Origin: Selaginella moellendorffii
Taxonomy: Eukaryota > Plantae > Lycopodiophyta
Direction: 5' to 3'
Assembly (NCBI RefSeq): GCF_000143415.4
Contig: NW_003314400.1
Location: forward strand, 62,001 to 126,000
Length of the DNA stretch: 64,000 nucleotides
This document shows, piece after piece, positions 34,447 through 47,948 of the stretch. A program made the translations under genes and the position numbers. A model generated the notes under the pieces. That model did no database searches, was not told the DNA's origin, and was given only the letters and a program-made list of their open reading frames with translations. The first letter of the stretch is position 1. Each line of letters opens with the position of its first letter.

Positions 34447-37049
34447 TTACAACAATTTGTGAGAGTGGGACTTACTGAGACAAATGCAGCAAATGATGTC
34501 GTTGGACGGCGGTGCGAGGTTGAAAACTTCGTTGAGATCCAGCCCCATCATCTTCTCTTCGATTGACAGAGATGGAGGTTGATCGTGGTGTTCTTCCGGT
34601 ATGTGCGAGTTGGAAGAGTTCTCGCTGTGATGCGGGCTGGCGAATGGACTCTCGGGTAGGTTGTGTCCATTCCCATCGGCGCTGCTAGAAGTTTCCAAAG
34701 TGAGTAATCAAGTTCTATCATATGACTGTGACTTACGTCACAAGATCTTCGTCGTATTTGTGCGTAGCATCATCGGGAAGTGGATGAAGAGCTTCACTCT
34801 CATCGCCACCTTCACCCTCCAGCACGTCCATGACGAATCCGAAGGGATTGCTCGACTGGAACTGCTGCATATCTGCTCGATCATTTCGAAAACTTAGCGC
34901 CAGAGAAGATCCAAACAAAACAAATTCCAACCTTCCAGTGTTAGCACGGCTTCGTTCATCCCATTCCCATAGCTGCTGCTACTGCTACTGCCACTGTTGT
35001 TGTGCTCCATGATTCGTGGAGTTCCAGGAACCTCGGGGGAGTCCAAGCTAACGTGAACTCCATTGAGGTTGGTCGTGGAAGCGGTGCTGTTTAGCTTCCT
35101 CTCTTGCTCGTCGAGCAGTAGTAACTTTGCGGTTGTCACAGCCTCCGCAGCCTCTACCTCGGCAGCACGGGCTCGGAGCGAATGGAAATCCATGACTCGT
35201 CTTCGTTCCAACTCCAGGTATCGCTCCTCCTCGAATCGCCTCGCAAGAACATCGTAGAAGCTCGGATCTGGAGCACACAGCCTTTGGTAAACTCGATCGA
35301 TCTCAAAGAACATGTATTACCTTGCATGAAGTCTTTGCCACCCAAGCCGCGAAGCTGCAAGCGTAGCGGATCGATCTTCTCGGCTTGCTTTCTGGTAGAA
35401 ATTTTGCTACGTCAGAACGAGGAACGTAGGAAAAGAGAGAGAGAGCTCTCTTACCTTTCACCGAGCTTAGCTTTCTCGCGATATGGCTTGACGAGAACAC
35501 GAGCACCGCAGATATAGTGAGGATTCCCTTCGGACAGTATCGCCTTGACAGTCTCGGGATAGATGAAGGTGACGAATCCAAACATTCGCTTCTGCTGGTA
35601 TGGAATTCGAACATCCTGGACTGGACCATAAGATCTACACAAAAACTTCGTTTAGAGAGCAAGAAAAGAAAGAAAAACACTAGAATTGATCTACCTGAAG
35701 TGTGCTGAAACATCGTCCTCCGTGAAGGTGCTCTCGGCCGGGAAAGTGAGGTAGATTTGCCTAGAGCTGGGATTCACGTCCTTGAGATCGTCGCGATCGG
35801 CTCTATACCCCACGAATCTCTGCGCGTCTTCCGCAAGAACTACTGCATGCTGGCCGTGGGGTCTTCGCAGGAAAAGAAAAAAGAAACCAACCATTTACTT
35901 AGTTACCACCAAAAGAATCCCAGGAACAATGGAGAAATCCCAGCAACCAACGAGAAAACAATGGGAAGAGAAGAGAACCAAACCAGCAGACAAGATCAAA
36001 GATCGAAGAACAATGCAAGGGTGGATCCAGATCGAGCAGAAAAAAATGGATTTTTGACGTGTTTACCTGTCGATGAGAGCTACGCTCCCTTTGAGCCGCG
36101 CGAGGAGCTTGGTGAGGCTACATCCAGCTTTGCCATGGCGCTGGCTCTCGGTGAGATAGCCCTGTGCTTGCAGCGCCCTCCCAAACTTCTCGAAGTAGAG
36201 CTGGGGCAGCGACGCGATCGACACTGGCGTCCTCCGCCCTCGCAGCAGCTCCTGGAGCTCCATCTCCAGCCGCTCGAGAGATCCCGACGATGGACTGCTG
36301 GGCGAGGAGGAATTCGGCGAGCATCCCAGCAAATCGTCAAAAGATGGAGCTGGCGAAGAACACTGGCTACAGCCGCCGGGAGAGGGGATGGATCCGTTGC
36401 TGCCATTGCCGGTGACGGTCGCGCTAGATCCGGTGCCATGAAGAAACCGGCAGCTAGTCCCGCGCTTGCAGTGGCCTTTGGAGTAGTAGAGGCAGGGCTT
36501 GCAAGTGAGCGCCATCGCCAGATCGTGCGAGGAGGGATAGTGCGAGGCTGGAAACTGGAGCTGCTGCAAATGCCTCCTCTGGGCATCTGCTGCTGGCGAG
36601 GAAGAGGTGGAGAATCGCGACGTGTTCTTGAGGAGGGGATCTTGGTGGAGCTGGAACTGGTGGTTGTGATTCAGGAGCCATTGGTCGGTGGCGAATTCGT
36701 CGGGGCTGGGGGTGGGCTGGAAGAGATTGCTGGGAGACGAGGATACTGTGCCTCCCTCTGGGATGAAGAGGAGACTTGGGCGATTGATTCTCTGCTGGTG
36801 GTAGTGTTGTCGGTGGTGATGGTGTTGATCTGAGAGGCCAGGATGGGGATTCGCGGCGAATAGCCCAAGCTCTCTTCTTGCTTTCGCTATGGCGGATTGG
36901 AGGAGAGCGTCGGAGCCCAGAGCCAGCCTCGCCATTTCTTGCTCGCTCCTGTCCTGGAGTAGCATCAAGCCGATGATCTTGGAGACGTTCTCTGGATCCT
37001 GGGCCTGGACGCGCGCGAAGACGAGCTGGGTGGCTTCGTAGGCGTCCAT
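34447..37049 (-). CDS. CCCH zinc finger / OST-HTH / RRM protein (Arabidopsis C3H46/53/55-like), multi-exon
   Basis: [17 protein letters not shown]; [19 protein letters not shown]; [12 protein letters not shown]; [30 protein letters not shown]; [10 protein letters not shown]. Confidence 0.93.
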
Positions 37050-37461
37050 AGCTCGAGAGATTCCCCTTTGCTTGTGAGCGATCTAGAGATAGAGAGGAGG
37101 AATTGCGATTGCGAGAGGAGGCATTGCTTTGCGAGGCAAGATTAGTGGCCCAGGAGCTCGAAACAGGGATGGATCGGGAAGATTCGCGCGACCCAAGTCG
37201 AGATTCGCTCCACTCTCAAGTGGGTTCTGCGCGATTCTTCGTCCGCCGGCGACCACGATCCCATTCCATTGCCCTCTCTTCTAGAATCACCCCACTACTC
37301 TGGTGGATCGATTTGCTCGGCCGGAGAAGTAGGGGATTCGGCGGCTCGCGCGGCCGGGGGCGATGATGGAGCGGCGATGGACGTCATTGGCAATCAATCC
37401 CGCGCGCGAGCGAAAGAATCTAGCGAGGCAGGTCGCTAGGGTGCCGCAGCCGATCAATGAG

Positions 37462-37499
37462 GAGAGAAGAGAGAAGAGAGAAGAGGAGAGAGAGAGAGA
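37462..37499 (+). repeat. GA-rich microsatellite upstream of the CCCH gene
   Basis: gagagaagagagaagagag.. Confidence 0.7.
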
Positions 37500-38732
37500 A
37501 CTAAACTATTAGAAGGAACAAAATGCCCAGAAAGGGCAAATTGCAAGGGCCTTAAGGGGCTCCAATCATTTGGTGTTATTAAATTAGGGCAAGACGCGCA
37601 CTGGTACGTCACGGTACATGCCCCACCAACTTTTGTATGGAAATGTGTGTAGGCATCTTCAGTTCCTAGCGTAGATTTCTAGGGTTTCTACCCGGAGGAC
37701 GAATTTTGTTTGCTGTTGGCTGGATCTTTTTGTTCAAAGTAAAGTGAAATGAGTGAGTGGCATGGTTTGGTGATCCGGAGGATCTACGGCGCGTACGTGT
37801 GGCTTACGCTAAAGCACGCATTTAATCACGAGTCTAACCACCGCCACCTTTTCTTATGCTCGCACTGACTTGAAACAAAAACTTCAGTTGAAGATTTGGT
37901 AGCGCTCTTGGCCGCACGCATTTAATAGTATGGTGTTTGTAACATCAACAGCGGCAGCAGAGTTCTCGCTTCCTCTCCAGAAAATACAAAAAAAATTTAT
38001 AGAAAAACGAAAAGAAAAGAAAATTAAAAATATCTAAAGGCAAGAAAAGACGGAGGAATGCCATGTTTCCTATCATACTTTGGGCGGGTGTTGTACTATA
38101 GACAAAAGCAGTCAATAAATTCCTGGCATTCAATTGTTTGCATGACTGTGTTGTATGATTTCATGGGAGCTAAGGTATAATATTACACCCTAAAAGAAAG
38201 AAAGCCACTCTCTTTCCTCTCTCCTCTCTCCTCTGTGGTGTTTGCTTGTCTTTGTGGGTCCTCAAAAGAGGCAGGCCTGACTCGTGAGTGTGTGGGGCTG
38301 GCATAAATGACCGCGCATGGAGTGAGAATCTCAGCAGAAAGCGACCCATCAACGCTCACTCCCCAGAAACCCTAATTCTCCGCATTGTCGCCCAGTTTTT
38401 TAGGGTTCTTGGGCGTGAGAGAGACTGGGTCAAGATTGAGAGAACTGTGGCGCACTGCCCAGTGCGAGACAGGCAAGGAAAAGAAGAAAACAATCACCAT
38501 TGCTAGAAGCCCTAAACAGCAGGGGCCACGCGACACCATCTGACAGTTGGCAACCAACGACCAGGATTTGTTTAAACGATAGCATTCAACGGCCAGGATT
38601 TGCGCAAACGAATTCTTTCTTTCCATTGTGTGTATCTACAGCTTGAGTTGCAAACGTACTTATTTACAGCGAGTTTTCTTCTTCGTGTTCTTCGTGCTCC
38701 GATCGATTCATCGCAGGGTGGATGATTTCATT

Positions 38733-41502
38733 TCACCGCAGTCGGACGATCACCAGATTGGGGAGCGACGATGCTTGCAGCTTCTGGATCGCCCACAGCG
38801 TCACCTTGCACGACTGGAGCGCCAGCGACGTGAGATTCTTGAGCGGCAGCAAGTGCTGCAGCCCCGCATTCGTCACGGACGAGTTCCCGACGTTGAGCGA
38901 CACGAGCTTCGTCAAGCCTGCAAGGAAACATAAACAAGGAGCAATCTAGCAATCTAGGAACCGAGAGCTACGCACCCGAGAGAGCCTCCAAGGCTTGGTC
39001 AGTCAGCTGACCATTCTGCGAGAGGTTCAAGTACGTAAGATCTGTCAGATCTTTTAAGCTCTTGACACCTACGTCTGTTATTCCACCACCACAGACCTCC
39101 AGGGACTGTAGCTTCTTGAAATCTGCGCACCAGAGAGAAAGCAAAAAAACCAAAAACTTTAAGGACCTGTCGAGATCTGGGCACAAGGGGACGACACACG
39201 GCAGCGAAGACAAAGCTCGAAAGAAAAAAGAAAGAGATCGAAAAGATTATATTACGTACGTCGAAGGCTGCCGATGCCATAGTCCGTGATGCGAGCGCTA
39301 AACAGATCCAGGTGCGTAAGATTAGTTAAGCCTGCGAAAGAAAAAGCTGTGAGTTTTCTTCCTTCTCCGCTCGACAGACAGTGAGCGAACGAAAAGGAAG
39401 AAATCAATGTGGAGAAAAGAGGAAGAGTTATTACTTGTGAGGGCCATGAGGCCGGTGTCAGTAATCTGTCGTGAGTCAATGTTCAAAGACTTGAGCGATG
39501 TTAAGCCTGAGATCTTGTGCAGGCCCATGTCCGTCACCATTGTGGACGAGATATTTAGACTCTCGAGCTTCGAGAGGCCTGGGAAACACAAGAAAAAAGA
39601 GATTTTTTCGCTGTGAGAATGTGACAAAGGAGAGGAAACAAGTTTACCCGTGAGGAAGTTGAGAGCATGGTTCCCAATCAGCGAGTCGGAAAGATCCAAG
39701 CTCTTGAGATTTACAAGGTCTGCAGTCACACAGCACAGAACCACAGGCAGTTTTGTATTCAATCCAGCAAGATGTTATTCGAGAAACAAATTGCATACTT
39801 TTAAAGTTCTGTACTCCTTGATCTCCGATCTTGCACGAGTCAAGGTTTAGGAACTGGAGACTCTTGAGGTCTGCAAGCACCAAGGAAAAAAGAAAAGAAA
39901 GAATGAGACGTCCGAAACACAAGAAAGAGACAATCTTTTTTCATACTTTTGAGGTACACCATTCCAGCGTCGCTCACATTTGTGTAGCTCAGATTCAAGT
40001 TCTTGAGGTTTCCGAGGCCTGATATATGAAAAACAAGAAAGAGCGTGATCGGCAGAAGTGTGTAGTATCTCTACCTTCGAGCTTTCGGCAGCCGAAATCT
40101 GAGATGTAGCAGGACTTGAGATTGAGAGTTGTCAAGGAAGTCAAACCTGAAAGGATGAAAAAATCCACAGCAGATGGGAAGACTTGAAGGTTTTTAACCA
40201 TTAAATTACGTACCAGCAATCGTGTCCATGCAGGCAAAAGTCACTGGGCAGCCTTCCATGTTTAGTACTTCGAGTTTCTTCAAATCTGCAGCGAAAGAAA
40301 GCGGTCGATCACAGAACTCCAAAAAGAAAAGCAAAAGATCAAATACCTTTCAAGAAGGTGATTCCAAAGTCCTTGACTTTGCTTCGGGAGATTTGGAGTT
40401 CCAGCAAGTTGGTTAAACCTGCGAGAAGTAAAAGTCTCTCCCAGTTTACTCCTGAAAAAAGAAAAACAAAGCAAACCAGAAAGCTGCTTCATGTCGGAGC
40501 TCCGGATACAGTTGCACCATCCGAGATTTAGTTTCTCCAGCTTTGTGAGTCCTGTTCATAAATACCAAAGACCAAAAGAAGAGAAGTTCGCAGCTAGCTA
40601 ACAACGAGAGATGGGTAAAAAGAACTACCTTTGATATAAACAAGGCCGTCGTGAATCTTCGGACATCGCTCCAAATCCAAGTGCTTGAGGTTTGGGAGAC
40701 CAGCCAAGTGTCTCATCCCAGCCGGAGTTATAAGTTTGTTCTTTTGGAAGCTCAACGACGTAAGATTCGTGAAGCCTACGCAATGACAAAGCAAATGAAA
40801 CGAGACTAGAAGCAAGTGACGAGTAGAGACTTACCTGTGAAGTAGCTCAGAGAAATGTCTGATATGTATTTACATTCGTTCATGCAGATGATCTCTACGT
40901 TTTCACAGATTTGAAGGCACTGCACGCCTTCGTCCGTAACCATAGAACCAGAAAAATCCACCGCTAGCAAGCAAAACTTCTGCGAGCCTATGACTTCCAT
41001 CCAGCTATCATCAACACCCGGATAGTAGCCGAGATAAATGTCCTGGAAACCACAAAGTTTTCATTCATGGAGATAGTTCTAAAGTATGGCTTTGATCGTA
41101 CCTGGATGGCACAGTCCTCGAAAGCTTGAAAGAGCTCTCGAGAAAGAGCTTGAGTCTGGACGAGCTCGTTGAGGATCTTCTGCGTTAAATCCCTCGGCAG
41201 CTTCTCAAACGATTTGATACCTTGTGTGTTCTTGAGTTGACAAGGAAAGAAAGAAAAGTCTCAAGAACAATGGAAGAACCATAGAAAACTTTGCACAAAC
41301 TTACCTTACAAGTCTCTCGCACTGCAAGCTCCAGGAGCGATGGAGCCTTGTTTGCATTGTCTTGCTCGTCGCTAATATCCCTCTCAAAGTTCCTGGAAGG
41401 CCAGCGAAAGTAGAAGCTGCGACTAAATCTCGCGGAGCCACCATAGCCATCGTCAAGGTCTCCTTCCCTTTGGTCTCTCTTTCTCGAGCAAGCACCTCCC
41501 AT
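38733..41502 (-). CDS. RNI-like leucine-rich repeat protein with probable N-myristoylation/palmitoylation site, many short introns
   Basis: MGGACSRKRDQ start; repeated LxxLxxLxL/ITDxG exons; GT..AG introns. Confidence 0.9.
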
Positions 41503-42165
41503 TTTTTTCTCCTTGTTTGTTGGCTTTCTCTGGATTCCTCCTCCTAGTTTCTAGGCCGATCGCTCAACCTGGCATGGATCGCATAAACAAATCATGCACG
41601 AGAACAGATGATACTAGCTGGGAAAACTATTCCAATCCACTGGCAAATTGGGGAAGAAACAAAGCGCGAGTGGAATCGAGAGCCCAACTCACCCGATGCT
41701 CTTGGCCGATCGCCTCGACTCCTGCCAATTGCCGCGAAAATTCTCACCTCCGCCGCCGCCCAAGACAGATAATCCGCGATGGCCATGGCAGAAACACCGA
41801 GAAGCTTTTATTTCCCCTCTTTCCTCGCCCCGCCGCTATCGTATCGTGGAGCAGCGGATGCAAGCTTCCTCCTCCATAGCCATTCACTTTCACTTAGGGA
41901 AGACGAATACCCATCTCTCGAGAAATCCGTGCCGTCCGTTGCGAAACCGCGACGGCCCAGATGTGGTTCGCAAACTGCGCATCTGACGGCCAGGCGCGCA
42001 CCATTTTGCAAAATCATGGCCGGCCGTTTGGGATTTGGATGGCTGACAGAGCGCCACGCGAGACGAATGGGGTTGCGTAGGCGTCCAAAACTGGGGCCGG
42101 AGAATCCTTGCCGTCCAAATCTCTATACTGTTTAGATGACGGGGTTTTAGGTCAATTTGGCCGGG

Positions 42166-44750
42166 ATGGGCGAGCGCAAGAGGAAGCGCGCGAAGGATCC
42201 GATCGAGGAGAAGGGCGATGGAACTGTGGAGGATTGCGATCGCACAGGTGAGCTGACGGGGAAGAATGCTGGTGTGAATCGCAAGAGTGACGAGGACGCA
42301 GGGGTAGAGATCGCAGAGGGTAAAGAGAAGAAGAGCAGGAGAAAATCCAAGCATCCAGCTCCAGAAGAATCCAAAAACGAGGATTTTGAGGGTGAAAAGG
42401 AACGGGAGGAAGTGGAAGAGGAAGCCGGCCACGAGAAAAAGAAGCGAAAGCGAAAGCACGAAGACAAGGATTTAGTGGAAGAGAAGATTTCGGACGGGAA
42501 AAAGAAGCTAGATGGTCACGAGAAGACGCGAAAGAAGAATGCCGGAGATGGTGATCGAGAAGGTGGCAGCAGTGGAGCCGATCAAATTTCTTCCAAGAGC
42601 ACAAAGCACAAGGAAGATGCTGGAGTTGACGTTGAAAGGATTGCAAAGGAGGATAAGAAGAAGAAGAAAAAAAAGAAGAACGTGCAAGGAATAAATGTGG
42701 AGGAACAAGAGAATCAGCCCACTGTTTGTGACCAGAGCGAGATCCGAGAGGACAGTACTAAAGTTCCTCTCCAATCGGAGAAGAATAAGAAGTTAGAGAA
42801 GAAGAAGCGAGGGAAGAGGATAGCAAGTGATGATACGGCCGATCGGAAAGTAAGCAGTGACGATCAACAGAGGAGGAAAGAATCTAGGCAGGAGAATGCT
42901 ACTGCCAACGTTGATCCAGTTCCTTCCAAGAGGAAGAGGAAGAAAGACAAACACGCAGCCGCGCTTGACGATGCCGAGAGTCCTGAAGCTGACGATGATC
43001 AAGAACACCAAGAACCGGAGAGGAAGAAGAAGAAAAAGAAAGTTGATGCAGTGGACGTGGCTGAGGAGCAAGAGAATAACTCCGCTGCTTGTGACGAGAA
43101 AAAGAAGCGGAAGAAGAAACTAGAGGTGGCAGAAAGTCAGGATGATAACAAGCTCAAGCAGCGTGAAGACGAGCGTGGCAGTAGTGACAAACAGCGTAAA
43201 GAGAAAACTAAGAAGGCTGAGAGACCAGTTTCCGTCGAGACAGGCGGCGATCTCCATACTTGTACGAAGAACTTGGGAAACCATGCTGAGTCTACGATTC
43301 GAAACGAGAAGATAAAGAAGAAGGTCTCTTTCGGTGCTGCGGTGGTTTTAAACGAGGCCGCTACAGAGAAGAAAGTCCATTTCGGTGGAGTGGAGTTACA
43401 ACCGACAGTCCCGAACGAGAGGCCTCTGTGCGAGCGGAGATTGAAAGATCCCCTATACAATAAGAAGTTTACCGAGGAAGAGGACGAGGCGATAAGACAA
43501 GCAGTTCGTCAGTTTGCAGAGGTACGCACTTTAGCCTTCACTCGTAAAGCTGACTCTTTCCTTTTGCTTTTTTTCTTGCGCAGACCAAGGGGTTGGACCT
43601 GCATGAAACATACAAACTTTATCTGGACCGAGAAACTCCAGAGCAGCGTCGACTTGGGCGAGAGCTTTCGAAAGCGCTTGGTAATAGACACTGTATTGTT
43701 GTGGCTCACATCCTAATATTCTCTACTTTGTGGCAGTGGCTTGCCTTCCGGAGAGAAACCCAATCTCTGTAAAATATCGAGCAGAATCTGTCTTGGACAT
43801 TTTCGGCCAGAAAGGGATATGGCCACCAGAGGAAGTGGAACGGCTCCAAAGGTATGCGCTGTGGTGTATATATTTTTATAAGAAGTTTTTGCTTTGGTGT
43901 GGCAGCCTTGTTCTGACGCATGGCAAAAGGTGGACGCTGATATCGAAGCTTCTTGGGAGGAATAAGCGCGCTGTTGCAACAAAGTATTACTATGTCAATG
44001 CTTTGCAGAAGAGAGGTAACGATCTTTCTTGGTTAAGATAGCAAGCAAGCCGGGTGTTTTTTTTTTTACAGGCAAGTATTCAAGCGAGGAAATCGCCAAG
44101 GTGACTTCGACAGTCCACAACGTTTTGGCCGAGTATGCGCGGCTAAATGTTCCAAGGCATAGAGAGGAAGACATCCCTTGGCGTTCGATTGCCGCAAAGC
44201 TACCCGGTCGTCCAGAGAGTCACTACCGAGTTCTCTGGTAAAGAAGAGCTATGAAAGCCTCCTTTTGATCTTGCTAACTTTGCCATTGTCTTCCATAGGT
44301 ACCGGGATTTGTGTTCTCCTATGGTTAAAACCAAGGAGTGGGGAACTGGCGACGACCATCTTCTTCTACGGAGGTACTTGACAGAGTTTTCTTTTTTCCC
44401 TGGTAGTTTTTAACTCGTGGTGTCGGTCGTTTACGCAGAATGCTCGAGTCCGGTGCGCCAGATGAAGAGTCCATCGACTGGGATAATCTATTGTCCGGAA
44501 GGCATGGCTTTCTTTCTTTTCTACCATGTATTTTATAGTCTTTGTCCAATGCAGGTCAGGAGAGATATGTCTCAAGCGATGGCACGAAATGCGTGTACAC
44601 TTGGGACATAAGTGGCACTGGCCTTTCGAGAAGAAGCTGGAACTTTTGATTGAGCGATTTGCTCCATGCTTTCTGGAAGAACCAGCCGCTGCTTGCCCAA
44701 TTGTGTCAGGCCCGGAAGAACAATCTCTACAAGAAGAACATGTAAGCTAA
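42166..44750 (+). CDS. Myb/SANT-repeat protein of TTF1/Reb1/DMTF1 type with Lys/Glu-rich N-terminus, multi-exon
   Basis: KKFTEEEDEAI, GIWPPEEVERL, KRWTLISKLLGR, GKYSSEE, IPWRSIAAKLPGR, EESIDWDNLL, CLKRW. Confidence 0.85.
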
Positions 44751-44883
44751 AGTTCGTTTGATTTATTTCGCAAAAGTTATATGATGGTGTTTTGCTTTTA
44801 TAGTGACACTCTGAAAATTCTATACAAAATCGTCGTGATATCGAGGAGTATGGTGTTACAGAAGGAAGGACTCAATCGATTGA

Positions 44884-45623
44884 TTATATCATATTGGTAT
44901 CGTCGAGCAAGTGTAAATCATCCGGCATGCTGTCCAGAGTCATTTCAATGTCGTCGAGGTTAGCAGTTGAATTTACAAAGTCGGGGATATCAGTGAGATC
45001 GAGCTCCGGTATCGTGGTCTCGCTGGTGCTGGCTGCTCGTGCTGCTTCATCCTCTGCATGGAACAAAGATTTACACAGCTTTGGAAGAAAGATAACGTAC
45101 CGCCAAGAGCTACAGCCGCAGTTGGATGGTCTTCTCGCCGTTGTGATTGCGAAGGCGATGACGACATGGTTTCGAGGATCTCCTCTGTGACGAGCTTGAG
45201 GTAATCTTTCTCTTCGGGGCCGATTCGTTGGTGGCACTTCCCTTCGATCAAGCACGCAATGTTGGCGATGTAATCTTCCTGGAGAAAGGAAACACGAACT
45301 AGAGTTCTTAGAGAGAAAAATTTCAGTCTCTCAAGAACAAAGAAAAGGAACTCTCCTTTCTTTCTCAGCTAAATCATCCACGCTTACCAGTGTGTCGGAG
45401 CTTGCGAATGTCACCCTCTCCATAGCCTGGCAAAACTTCTTGAGCGATTCCTGGTCCACTGGCTCAGGATCCCGATCCTTCATCGCGGAATATCTGCAAC
45501 AGCAAGATCTCGATCAAAACCATCGCTCCCGGCACAGCGCAATCGATCTCACAGCAGATAGGAGACGTTAAGTTGGGATTCTTCCGGCCAGTCCTTCTTC
45601 CACAGGCATCGATTGTCGTCCAT
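44884..45623 (-). CDS. Small KIX-like (Med15-type) domain protein with acidic tail, 4 exons
   Basis: Spliced: MDDNRCLWKKDWPEESQLNVSYLL/YSAMKDRDP..LKKFCQAMERVTFASSDTL/EDYIANIACLI..; GT..AG introns keep the frame. Confidence 0.6.
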
Positions 45624-45896
45624 GGCCTGGCATTGCGCGGCGCGTTGGATCTAGAGAAAACAAGAGCGGAGAATCGCTGACCTGATCGCTGCGACATCTA
45701 GGGCTCGCAATATCGTCCCGCGCCTTCGTCCCTCTCTCGCGAGGTTTAAACGTTTATAGCCACACTGACCACTAAATTAGCCCCAATCTATTATTTATAG
45801 CAACCTTGCCCTAAAACCATTCCTTAAACTAAACCCCTTCCTTTAATTAATCTCTAGCAATTAAACATATAAACTTTCGCGGGAGAAAATTGGCCA

Positions 45897-45940
45897 TCGT
45901 CTCTCTCCTCTCGTCTCGTCTCGTCCTCGTCTCGTCTCGC
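45897..45940 (+). repeat. (TCGTC)n-like microsatellite
   Basis: Directly visible. Confidence 0.7.
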
Positions 45941-46002
45941 GATCACCATTGTCTCGGATCATCTCGTCCTCGTCTCTCTCGATCGATGATAGATCGATCA
46001 TC

Positions 46003-47413
46003 TCACTCGCCCTGCTGGTAGCAAAGCTCTCTCCTCAGCTTCCTCGAGAATGGCTGGCACGCATCCATGCTCAAGTCCGCCGCCGCCGCGAGAGCCATGA
46101 ACACCGCCGCGTCCTCCACGCAAGTTACGTGCCTCACAGCCATCTGGATGCAGCGGCCTTTGTTCGTCTTGTTCCTCTCGCCGTGGACGGGGCAGCTCAT
46201 CACGAATCCACCCGCGACTTGGAAGCCCAGCCCCAGGAAGCCATCCCCGCTGCTGTGAGGACTCTCCGTTGAAGACGACGAGGATGCCGCTTCCACCCGC
46301 AGCCTGACCGTGTCGATCGAGAACTCTCCGCCACTCTGTGTGCTGATCACCGTCTCGGACACCAGGATCCCACTCCCGACGCTGGTGATGCCACCACCTT
46401 CAGCAACCAGCTGGAATCTCAGCCCGAGACCACCCTTGCCACCTTTCTCCCTCCAGGCCTCCAGCCTCCCCCACGGCTCCCAGCTATCGACACCGGTGGA
46501 GTCCGGGCGGAGGATGAGCCACGCACCTGGGTTTGATCGGCTCACGTAGTCGGACCCCGACGACGGCACGAAAGGTGTGACGATCGAAGCCGCAGCCACG
46601 GGAGAGCCCGAGAGGTCGTGGATCATCACGAGCCACCCCTTTCGTTCCTTGCGTTCTCTTTCTCTATCTCCTGTTAGCGATGTGGACCAGCTCTTCGCTG
46701 GAGTATCTGTGAATCCTAGCCTGCAAAAAGAGAAAGAAGAAATGCCAGTGAGAAAGCCATCGCCAAGCTACAAACTCGAAGAGAGCTTCTCACCTAGCGC
46801 GGCAACTTCGATCCCTGCTGAACTTGCAACTAAAGATGGGCTGCCTCAAGCTTCCCTGGATTTGTATAATCTGTGGGCCGGAAGCAGTGTCCCCGTCAAA
46901 CTGGAAAACGAAGCGAGGATCTGCCTCTATCCTGGCATTGAGATGAAACTCCGCTCCAGGACTTCCACCTTTCTTTCCTATGCTCGCCCACGAATCGTAA
47001 AGCTGGAGTGGATTCCCCGAAAGCCACTCCGAGTCGACTGGAATGCTAAACTTCCCCAAGAAACTCCCTTCTCTCACACCACAGCACGAGCCCTGCCTTC
47101 CAGTGAAGACCACCACTTTCAAGCAAGGAGCCGCCTTCCTCGAGCCCAAGCAGCAGTGGACTGCCAGTAGCTTCCTCAAGCTGGAGTGATCCAAGTAGAA
47201 CACCGCCGCCACGTTCCTGGAATCCGGCTCTGGCGCTGTCGCGGTGATGAGCGGCACTGGCGCCGTCTGGACAGGAAATCCCGGCAAGCTGATCTCGCAG
47301 TAGCAGGGAATGGAGGAGGAATGTACGCCGACGCGAGCTGCTTTGGAGGCGATCGGGATTCGCAGCCCTAGGGCCGCGATCGAGACCTTGACGAATGCCT
47401 GGGGATCCATCAT
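46003..47413 (-). CDS. DUF1005 family protein, 2 exons
   Basis: MDPQAFVK..; EADPRFVFQFDG; RERKGWLVMIHDLSGSPVAAAS..TPFVPSSGSDYVSRSNPGAWLILRP; WGRLEAWRE; LAAAADLSMDAC. Confidence 0.92.
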
Positions 47414-47948
47414 AATCCCATGCTGCTACCTAGAGCTTCTTCTTCCAGCGCTGCTCATACCTCGCGGTCAGCAAACCCTACTCCCGCCGATTCTCCCCCT
47501 CGTTCGCGGCATGGGATGAATGCAGCTCTAGCCAGCGCCTCCGCCTTGATCCTCCTCCAGCAATCGAAGCAAAGAGCCCGAGCGATGGCGACGATCGAGC
47601 ACGAGAAACGAGGAATCCACGCGCCCAGCTCTCACGCACAGAACAAAGCTCTTCCCTTGTTCTTCCTGTCTGGCTTTGGGCTGGCTCAAGCAAATTGGAC
47701 CCCAATGGTTCGCGTCCGTAAGGCGGAGTTAATCCATGGTGCCACGTCCAATGCCCATGCCATGCCAAAAACAAAGCGCTATGCCCTAAAACCCCCTTAA
47801 ACCCTACACCTTTGCATGGCCATGCATGGCATACATGACAGCTGTATCCAGCAATGGTAATCGTACACAATTCCGTACTCAAAGGATCTACGCTTTAGCA
47901 TATTCTCAAGATATTCTCGGGGCTCTAGGGTTTTAGCAGAGCAGGGGA

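Noticed and set aside
35757-36833. 358-aa plus-strand ORF
   Set aside because: Antisense shadow of the GC-rich CCCH gene exon; no domain features
42157-43716. 519-aa ORF as a complete protein
   Set aside because: It is exon 1 of the Myb gene reading through into an intron at 43522
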